Source of the DNA: Anaerolineae bacterium
Lineage (GTDB): Bacteria > Chloroflexota > Anaerolineae > Anaerolineales > Villigracilaceae
Length of the DNA: 64,000 bases
Reading direction: 5' to 3'
Assembly: GCA_003130845.1 (NCBI GenBank)
Contig: QEXW01000025.1
Location: 1,962 to 65,961 of the forward strand
How positions within the stretch are numbered: the first letter of the stretch is position 1; each line of letters starts with the position of its first letter. The translations under genes were made by a program, and so were the position numbers. Positions 56,189 to 63,402 of the stretch are shown here, one piece after another. The notes beneath the pieces are model-generated. The model was not told the DNA's origin, ran no database searches, and saw only the letters and a list, made by a program, of their open reading frames with translations.

Positions 56189-56194
56189 GGGTAG

Positions 56195-56452
56195 ATGAAA
56201 ACAATTGTCCACGAAATGCGCGGAATTCCGTTTTTCTTGCTTAAAGAATATTTGCAGGAGATGGGGGGCGAGTTGGTGAGCGTGGATGTGGTGCGCGGCG
56301 AGGGTTGGTCGGTGCGTCTGGAGCGGATGGAGCCATTCCGGCTCGGTTCGCTGGAAGTTGGTCAGACCCGCCTAACGATGGAATTGCGCGAAGATGTGGT
56401 GGATGATTTTCTGGAACGATTTCGATTAAAAACATTGCGCGCAGGGGGCTGA
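56195..56452 (+). CDS. small hypothetical protein ending in Gly-Gly
   Basis: 85 aa ending ...FRLKTLRAGG-stop. Family not securely recognised. No obvious RBS. Confidence 0.45.
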   Translation: MKTIVHEMRGIPFFLLKEYLQEMGGELVSVDVVRGEGWSVRLERMEPFRLGSLEVGQTRLTMELREDVVDDFLERFRLKTLRAGG

Positions 56453-56464
56453 GTGTCTTTCGGG

Positions 56465-57046
56465 TTATGCTGCGGTGGGGAAGTTTAGGTTTTTGGCAAT
56501 TAAGCCCAGCACGTTTTCGGCAAAGGCAGGGGCGGGCAGGCGGTTTTTTTGGCGGCTCCAGTCGAGCGCTAGGCCATAAATGGCCCAGGTCGCTGCTATG
56601 GCAGGGTAGCGGTCTGTTTGGGGGTTGATTTTTTCCAGCCAGAGTTCTAGCAGGGTCTGAATTTGTAGCCGTACTTGGGCTTCTATCAGCGAATCGAAGT
56701 GTGATTCGTTTGTTTTGCAATGTTCGTGAAAGCGGGCCACAAATTCACAAACGGTTTCGATAAGCGCGCGTAGGTTTTCCGGGCTGTAGTGGCAGGCGCT
56801 TAGGGTGCGTTTTTCTAGGTCGGCGCGAAAGGCTTGGGCGATGTTTTCTTCTAGGAGGGCGTATTTATCCGGATAGTGGGCGTAGAAGGTGGCACGGTTT
56901 ACTTCAGCACGTTCGGTGATGTCTTGTACGGTGATGTTGGTAAAGCCTTTTTCGGTCAGGAGTTCGCTAAAGGCTTGTTGGATGAGCTTGCGGGTACGCT
57001 TGACGCGCGGGTCCAGCCGGTCTGTGGCGGGGGGATTTGCCAACAT
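56465..57046 (-). CDS. TetR/AcrR family transcriptional regulator
   Basis: RTRKLIQQAFSELLTEKGFTNITVQDITERAEVNRATFYAHYPDKYALL. AAGGAG lies upstream. Confidence 0.9.
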   Translation of the reverse strand: MLANPPATDRLDPRVKRTRKLIQQAFSELLTEKGFTNITVQDITERAEVNRATFYAHYPDKYALLEENIAQAFRADLEKRTLSACHYSPENLRALIETVCEFVARFHEHCKTNESHFDSLIEAQVRLQIQTLLELWLEKINPQTDRYPAIAATWAIYGLALDWSRQKNRLPAPAFAENVLGLIAKNLNFPTAA

Positions 57047-57113
57047 TTTTTCTCCTTTGTTGTCTATTCAACATGTGCTCGCTTTTGATGGTTGACGGGA
57101 CGCTTACAGATGT

Positions 57114-57156
57114 TTATTATACAACGTGTGTTGATTAGACGACACATGTATTATAA
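57114..57156. promoter_or_regulatory. imperfect inverted repeat TTATTATACA / TGTATTATAA whose arms contain the two divergent -10 boxes (possible TetR operator)
   Basis: 9/10 complementary arms at 57114-57123 and 57147-57156. TATAAT lies on the minus strand in the left arm and TATTAT on the plus strand in the right arm. Confidence 0.35.
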
Positions 57157-57178
57157 CACATCAACCTAGGAGAGAGTT

Positions 57179-57829
57179 ATGAGTGTTCCTGAATTGACGC
57201 AAACGCAGTCTAAACTTGTTCCTAACCCGGTGTTTGCCCGGTTGGCTTCTGATGCGCAAATTGAGCGGGCGGCCCAGGCGTTGAAGGCGAATGGTATCGA
57301 GGTGTTTGTCGCTGCGAATGGACAAGAAGCCAGGAATCTGTTGTTCCAACTCATCCCCGCTGGGGCGGAGGTGTTTACCAGCGCTTCGGCGACGCTTGAT
57401 GCGCTTGGCATTCCTGAAGAAGTCAATCGGCGTTACCATTCGGTGCGCGCTCGTTTGGCTGATATGGACCCGCAAACCCAGCGGCGCGAGATGGTCAAGC
57501 TGGGTGCGACGCCGGAATGGATGGTGGGCAGTGTCCATGCGGTGACCGAGGACGGCACGGTGGTGATTGCTTCGCGGACCGGCAGCCAGTTGGCCGGGTA
57601 TGCGGCTGGGGCGGAGCATGTCGTTTGGGTGGTGGGCGCGCAGAAGATTGTGCCCAATCTGGACGAAGCCTTTCGGCGCGTGCGCGAGTATTCGCTGGCT
57701 CTGGAAGATGAACGCGCGCTAAAGGCTTATGGCGTGAACAGCCAGATTAGCAAGTGGCTCATCGTTCATCAAGAGTTTTTACCCGGACGCACGACGATGA
57801 TTATTGTGAAAGAGAATTTAGGGTTTTAG
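57179..57829 (+). CDS. LUD domain protein (LutC/YkgG-like)
   Basis: ...SVHAVTEDGTVVIASRTGSQL...VVWVVGAQKIVPNLDEA... is typical of PF02589. AGGAGA RBS. Confidence 0.7.
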   Translation: MSVPELTQTQSKLVPNPVFARLASDAQIERAAQALKANGIEVFVAANGQEARNLLFQLIPAGAEVFTSASATLDALGIPEEVNRRYHSVRARLADMDPQTQRREMVKLGATPEWMVGSVHAVTEDGTVVIASRTGSQLAGYAAGAEHVVWVVGAQKIVPNLDEAFRRVREYSLALEDERALKAYGVNSQISKWLIVHQEFLPGRTTMIIVKENLGF

Positions 57830-57831
57830 GG

Positions 57832-58773
57832 ATGTTTCAACCCGCTCAGGGCCAACCGCTGGCGATTTCTCCGCATCGTATTCATCCTGCTACCCGCCCC
57901 GCTTACGTTCATCTGAACGTGGCGGGGCTGGATAGTCAGGTGGTCTTTTATCAGACTGTGTTGCGTTTGGAGTTGAATTGGCGTACTGCAACGGGCGCTG
58001 GTCTGGGCGTGGCCGGGCGCGACCTGGTGCGCTTGACTCATCTGCCGGGCGGTAAGCGCTATTGGGGCGTAACGGGCATTTACCACTTCGCCATCTTGTT
58101 CCCCAATCGCCGTGAATTGGCGCGGGCGATGGCGAGGTTGTTTTCCGTCAAGTGGCCCAATGCCCCCACTGACCATGTGATGACGAAAACGACTTACCTG
58201 GCCGACCCGGAAGGCAACGAGATTGAGCTGTATTGTGAATCTCCAGAAGACGGGGTTTTCTTGTTCGACAAGGATGGTGGTTTCCGCGCCGAGTGGGCCG
58301 ATGGACGCCCTAGCAACGGGCGCGAACCGCTTGACCTGCAGGCACTTTTCTCTCACTTGGAGCCGGATGACCGTCTCGATACGCCTGTCCCGCCTGAAAC
58401 GCGCTTGGGGCATTTCCATCTGTACGTCTCCAGCTTGGCCGAAACGCGCCGGTTTTATCACGAATTGCTCGGTTTTGATGATATGGGCGTGGGTCGTGCT
58501 TTTCGGATGGGGATGGTTTCTGCCGGTGGGTATCATCATCACATTGGGTATAACACCTGGCAGGGTGAGGGCGCGCCGCCCCCGCCGCCCGATGCCCTTG
58601 GGCTGAAGCACATTGCCTTTACACTGCCTACGCCCGAGGCCTGGCAAGCCTTTTGGGGGCGTGTACAGGAACTGGGTTTGCCGTATCACGAAACAGAGGA
58701 AGGGCTTTTGCTCACCGACCCCGCACAGAATGGGGTGTGTTTTGCCGCTCCGCCGGCACCCAGCACGCGCTGA
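57832..58773 (+). CDS. two-domain VOC (glyoxalase/extradiol dioxygenase) family protein
   Basis: YVHLNVAGLDSQVVFYQTVL and LGHFHLYVSSLAETRRFYHELLGF modules. The track ORF from 57754 overlaps the LUD gene. Confidence 0.75.
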   Translation: MFQPAQGQPLAISPHRIHPATRPAYVHLNVAGLDSQVVFYQTVLRLELNWRTATGAGLGVAGRDLVRLTHLPGGKRYWGVTGIYHFAILFPNRRELARAMARLFSVKWPNAPTDHVMTKTTYLADPEGNEIELYCESPEDGVFLFDKDGGFRAEWADGRPSNGREPLDLQALFSHLEPDDRLDTPVPPETRLGHFHLYVSSLAETRRFYHELLGFDDMGVGRAFRMGMVSAGGYHHHIGYNTWQGEGAPPPPPDALGLKHIAFTLPTPEAWQAFWGRVQELGLPYHETEEGLLLTDPAQNGVCFAAPPAPSTR

Positions 58774-58908
58774 TGGTGGGTTGGTTAGAACGGCCACATG
58801 GCGCGTTCGCGCACAGATTGTAAGGTATTCTTTCTATGTCGCCAGGTTCTGCCCGATGCACCCAGTCAAGGTCGGCGGCACGGTGAGTGTCTCAAGGCTT
58901 TGCCAGCG

Positions 58909-61900
58909 CTACCTGTTTGCCTTTCGGCGCCAAGCCAGAACGGTGGCGATGCTCCAGCCCATCGCCAGGAGCCACACCGCCATCAATAGCCATGCCGCCC
59001 AAACCTGCGCAAAGGTTGACCATTCGATGGGCAAATTGCGGATTGTCCAGACTGGAATCAACCAATTCCATACCTTTAATAACCATTCTGTGCCAGGCAA
59101 GGCCATGCTTTCATTTGCTCCAGGCAAGAATACGAACACATATCCTGCCAGCGCGTACGTGCTTGCCCCCAGGACAAGCAAGGCAAGCACCCAATTTCTC
59201 CCCGCCGCCGAGCGGACCGACGGCCACACCAGCATGGCGCTTCCCGTCAATAAAAGGAGCAATCCAATTGCATCGAGGTAGATAGGGGTAGGCGCCTGCC
59301 AGGGATTCCAAAGGAACCAGGCGGAAAGCAGGGCGGCCGCGCCCGGCGTGAATGCCCCGACCCACCAGCGTGTCCTGCGATGCCCTTCCTGTTTCCAGCC
59401 TTTCCAAACCAGGCCGATGGCCAGGACGAACAAAGCGGCTGCCCCGGCGCCAAAGGCCGTTTTTTGCACGAGGATGGCGTGCTGCTTTTCGATTTCGTCC
59501 TCATCTGGAATGGGTTTATCAGGGCAGGTGGGACGATATGGCTCATCGCCAATATAGGTCTGCCACTCGGCAAGCGTCAAGTTGCGCGGCAGGCGGCGGC
59601 AGGCTTCGGCCATCAGGTCTGCGATGCGCCAGTACCACACGCTTATTCCGTCATCAAGACCGCTGGAAATCACATAGCGCCCATCTGGGCTGAAGGCGAC
59701 GAAGAGCACAAGGTTGTCATGCGTCATGCGCGCCACCTCCGCGCCCGTCTGTGCCTCCCACACCCGCGCCGTGCCGTCCTCACTCCCGGAGAGCACATAG
59801 CGCCCATCCGGACTAAAGGCGACTGATTGCACTGCTCCTTCGTGTGTGATGCGTGCCACTTCGGTGCCCGTCTGCGCCTCCCACACCTGCGCCGTGCCAT
59901 CGCCGCTCCCAGAGACCACATAGCGCCCGTCCGGGCTGAAAGTGCTAGATAACACGCCGCCTTTGTGTCTCATGTGCGCTACTTCTGCACCTGTTTGCGC
60001 CTCCCAGACTCGTGCTAGGCCATCCAAACTCCCGGAGAGCACATAGCGCCCATCTGGGCTGAAGGCGACGGAAAGCACGAAATTGTCATGCTTCATGCGT
60101 GCTACTTCTACGCCTGTCTGTGCCTCCCACACCCGCACTGTGCCGTCATAACTCCCGGAGAGTACATAGCGCCCATCTGGACTGAAGTCAGCTGAGCGCA
60201 CCTGACCCTTATGCGCCATGCGGGCTACTTCTACGCCCGTTTGCGCCTCCCACACCCGCGCCGTGCCGTCCTCACTTCCGGAGACCACATGGCGTCCATC
60301 TGGGCTGAAATCAACGATGACCACCGGCTCTTCATGCGTCATGCGTGCCACTTTCGCGCCTGTCTGTGTCTCCCATACATCTATCGTGTTGTCTGTATTC
60401 CCGAAGACTACATACTGCCCATCTGGGCTGAAAGCAATGGAGTTCACGCCGCTCTCATGTGCCATGCGTACTACTTCAACACCCGTCTGTAGATCCCATA
60501 CCCGCACAGGCTCATCCCAACTTCCGGCTGCCAAGTATCGCCCATTCGGGCTGATGGCAAAGTAGAGCTCGCTGCCCTCCGATGGAATGATTTGCAGTAC
60601 TTCTGCACCCGGCTGAAAATTCCACACTCGAGCCGTGGTAGTAGCTCCACCGGATAGTACATAGCGCCCATCCGGGCTGAAGGCAACGGAAGTCAAGCCG
60701 CTCTCATGCGTCATGCGCGCCACTTCCGCACCTGTCTGTGCCCACCATACTCGTGCCGTGCCATCCCCACTCCCGGAGACCACATAGCGCCCATCTGGGC
60801 TGAAGGCAACGGAGACCACTGGCCCTTCATGCGTCATGCGTGTCACTTCCGCGCCTGTCTGTGCCTCCCATACCCGTGATGTGTAATCATCACACCCAGA
60901 GACCACATAGCGCCCATCTGGGCTGAAGGCGACAGCCCACACATCACCGTCATGTGTTATGCGAGCCATTTCTGCGCCGGTCTGCGCCTGCCACACCCGC
61001 ACCGTGCCATCCCAGCTCCCGGAGACCACATAGCGCCCATCCGGGCTGAAGGCGACGGATGTCACATCACTCTCGTGCGTCATACGCGCCACTTCCGCAC
61101 CTGTCTGTGCTTCCCACACCCGCGCTGTGCCATCACTACTCCCGGAGACCACGTAGCGCCCATCTGGGCTGAAGGCGACGGAGTTCACCAAGCTTTCATG
61201 CGTGATGCGCGCTACTTCCACGCCGGTTTGTGCCTCCCAGACCTGCGCCGTACCGTCATCACCCCCTGAGAGCACATAGCGCCCATCTGGGCTGAAGGCC
61301 ACAGAAGTCACGCCGCTCTCGTGCGTCGTACGCGCCACTTCTGCCCCTGTCTGCGCCTCCCACATTCGTGCTGTGCCATCACTACTTCCAGAGACCACAT
61401 AGCGCCCATCTGGGCTGAAGGCCACGGAAGTCACACCGCCCTCGTGCATCATGCGCGTCACTTCTGCGCCGGTCTGCGCCTGCCACACCCGCGCTGTACC
61501 GTCCCCACTCCCGGAGACCACATAGCGCCCATCTGGGCTGAAGTCAACGGAGTTTACATTATCTTCATGCGTCAGGCTGGCAACAGGCAAGGCTGCCAGC
61601 GCGAGATAGCGGCGCAAAGCCTGGTCGGCGCCCCAGCCGGCGCCGCGCTGCCCGGCTTCCACAGCCAATAAACCACTCTGGGTCGTGAGATTTGCAACAT
61701 CAGCATAACCACCCTCAAACTCGATGGCAGTTTGCGCTTGGGCAGCTAGTTGGCGTGCTATGGCCAGATTGGCCTGTTGTTCGGCGCGACGCCACTGGAA
61801 AAGCGCCAAGGTAGTAATCACTAGTAGGATGGCTGAACCAACCACTAGACCGGCTGTAATGCGTTGGCGGGTGCGTTCCCGCTGGCGGCGGGCTTGTTCG

Positions 61901-63381
61901 GCAGCCAGCGCGCCGGCTTTGAGAAAAGCCAAGGCTTGCGCGCTCAGCGTATCGTCCGATAACTTCTCGCGGGCGGCTGCCAGCCGCGTCCCGGTGTAGA
62001 GGTAACTGGGGTCGCGGTCATGCTCGAGCCATTCGGCGGCGTCGCGGGCAACCTGGTTTTGCAGGGCAATCCGGGCGCGGTCTTCCTCGATCAGCGTCTT
62101 CAGCCACGGCCAGGCCTGGATGAGTTTCTCGTGCGCCAGGGTGACGGTGCGTGCGCCGTGTTCGTCCTCGGCGGTGATGAGCAGGCGGGCGTCGGCCAGT
62201 TTGCGCACCAATCCCTCCATGAACGCCGCATCTGTCTGCGCCGGGATGAGTTCCTCTAAGCGCGCCGTCCGGCGGGTATCCTGCGCGCCTTCCCCTCGGA
62301 CTTCGACCAGGCTGCGGAATAGCGTTTTGGCCAGCTCCTGCTCTGCAGCGCTCAACGCTGCAAAGGCCGTCTGGGCATGACGCTCCAGCGATTTGTGCAA
62401 GCCGCCGCGCACCAGATAATCGCGCTGGGTTAGGGCAGTCAGTGTTCCTCGTTCCCGGCTCCATTCGAACAGGTCGGTCAGGGCAAACTGCATCAGCGGC
62501 AGGGCGCCTGGCTCGCCTCCCATGTCGGCAATCACCTGCGCCACCAGTTGAGGTTCGATGGGCAATCCCACCTGCTCCACCGGCAGGGCCACCGCGCGCA
62601 CCAGTTCATCCGGCTGCATCGCCCCCACCTGGAAGAATTGCTGGTTGAGCAGTTTGTTCAGCGCCCGATAAGTGGCGCAGTTGGCAACGAAATCCGAGCG
62701 CATGGTGAACAAGACCAGCGTCCGTCCGTTCTGGTGCATGGCGGCGCGGGTCAACAGCGTGAGAAAGGCCTGTCGTTCCTCTTCTTTGACGCCGGGCGCA
62801 AAGATTTCTTCGAACTGGTCAACCAACAGCACAAGGCGCTGGTCAGGTTCATCGCCAAGCAGCGACTCGCTCACTTTGTGCAGCGCCTCACTGTCACGAG
62901 CGGCGCGCTGACGCAGGTAATCACCGGTTTCGGGGGATTTCAGCCGCGAGACTGCTGTAGCCAGCGCTTCGAGCGGGTCGCGGCCGGGCGTTAGGGCTGT
63001 GTATAGCCAGCGCTCGCTGCCCCGCACCTGGCCGGCTTTCAGGGCGGGAATTAACCCTGCCCGCGCCAACGATGATTTCCCCGACCCGGACGGGCCGGTG
63101 ATGAAAATGGCGCGGCTGTCCTTCACTCGTTCGAGCAGTTCTTCCACCAGGCGCTCGCGCCCGAAGAAGCGTTCGGCATCCTGTTCGCCGAAGGCGCGCA
63201 GGCCAACGTAGGGGCAAGTGCCATCGAAAGGTTTGGGCTGAAATTCGGTGCGAATCTGGGTCAGCAGGGCCTGTACCTGTTCGACGCTGTACCCAAACGT
63301 GACCTGGTCGCCCAGAATCACATCCCGACCGGCATGGATATTCCCTATGTCACGAGCAGGCGGTGTTTCCGACATTAACAT
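58909..63381 (-). CDS. STAND (nSTAND/NACHT-like) P-loop NTPase - TM helix - 16 x WD40 - C-terminal polytopic membrane domain
   Basis: CPYVGLRAFGEQDAERFFGRE...ITGPSGSGKSSL (Walker A), LVLLVDQFEE (Walker B), TM ITAGLVVGSAILLVITTLALF (aa 508-529), 16 blades with FSPDGRYV.SGS.DGTARVWE, and about 5 TM helices in the last 180 aa. Confidence 0.85.
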   Translation of the reverse strand: MLMSETPPARDIGNIHAGRDVILGDQVTFGYSVEQVQALLTQIRTEFQPKPFDGTCPYVGLRAFGEQDAERFFGRERLVEELLERVKDSRAIFITGPSGSGKSSLARAGLIPALKAGQVRGSERWLYTALTPGRDPLEALATAVSRLKSPETGDYLRQRAARDSEALHKVSESLLGDEPDQRLVLLVDQFEEIFAPGVKEEERQAFLTLLTRAAMHQNGRTLVLFTMRSDFVANCATYRALNKLLNQQFFQVGAMQPDELVRAVALPVEQVGLPIEPQLVAQVIADMGGEPGALPLMQFALTDLFEWSRERGTLTALTQRDYLVRGGLHKSLERHAQTAFAALSAAEQELAKTLFRSLVEVRGEGAQDTRRTARLEELIPAQTDAAFMEGLVRKLADARLLITAEDEHGARTVTLAHEKLIQAWPWLKTLIEEDRARIALQNQVARDAAEWLEHDRDPSYLYTGTRLAAAREKLSDDTLSAQALAFLKAGALAAEQARRQRERTRQRITAGLVVGSAILLVITTLALFQWRRAEQQANLAIARQLAAQAQTAIEFEGGYADVANLTTQSGLLAVEAGQRGAGWGADQALRRYLALAALPVASLTHEDNVNSVDFSPDGRYVVSGSGDGTARVWQAQTGAEVTRMMHEGGVTSVAFSPDGRYVVSGSSDGTARMWEAQTGAEVARTTHESGVTSVAFSPDGRYVLSGGDDGTAQVWEAQTGVEVARITHESLVNSVAFSPDGRYVVSGSSDGTARVWEAQTGAEVARMTHESDVTSVAFSPDGRYVVSGSWDGTVRVWQAQTGAEMARITHDGDVWAVAFSPDGRYVVSGCDDYTSRVWEAQTGAEVTRMTHEGPVVSVAFSPDGRYVVSGSGDGTARVWWAQTGAEVARMTHESGLTSVAFSPDGRYVLSGGATTTARVWNFQPGAEVLQIIPSEGSELYFAISPNGRYLAAGSWDEPVRVWDLQTGVEVVRMAHESGVNSIAFSPDGQYVVFGNTDNTIDVWETQTGAKVARMTHEEPVVIVDFSPDGRHVVSGSEDGTARVWEAQTGVEVARMAHKGQVRSADFSPDGRYVLSGSYDGTVRVWEAQTGVEVARMKHDNFVLSVAFSPDGRYVLSGSLDGLARVWEAQTGAEVAHMRHKGGVLSSTFSPDGRYVVSGSGDGTAQVWEAQTGTEVARITHEGAVQSVAFSPDGRYVLSGSEDGTARVWEAQTGAEVARMTHDNLVLFVAFSPDGRYVISSGLDDGISVWYWRIADLMAEACRRLPRNLTLAEWQTYIGDEPYRPTCPDKPIPDEDEIEKQHAILVQKTAFGAGAAALFVLAIGLVWKGWKQEGHRRTRWWVGAFTPGAAALLSAWFLWNPWQAPTPIYLDAIGLLLLLTGSAMLVWPSVRSAAGRNWVLALLVLGASTYALAGYVFVFLPGANESMALPGTEWLLKVWNWLIPVWTIRNLPIEWSTFAQVWAAWLLMAVWLLAMGWSIATVLAWRRKANR
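59629..61575 (-). repeat. 16 tandem 123-bp (41-codon) WD40-blade repeats with very high internal DNA identity
   Basis: CATAGCGCCCATC(T/C)GG recurs at 59673, 59796, 59919, 60042 and onward, with exact 123-nt spacing. Confidence 0.9.
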
Positions 63382-63402
63382 TCCGTTCCGCTTTTTCAGA
63401 AC

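Noticed and set aside
58774-58908. The GCGCG-TT-CGCGC palindrome and surrounding sequence, considered as a terminator between the convergent VOC and STAND genes.
   Set aside because: The loop would be only 2 nt and there is no T-run, so this is not a credible hairpin terminator.
59111-62994. About twenty 60-150-aa ORFs antisense to, or out of frame with, the STAND-WD40 gene.
   Set aside because: They are Arg/Pro/Ala-rich translations typical of the non-coding frames of a GC-rich, repetitive gene, and all are nested inside the 1490-aa ORF, which has clear domain content.
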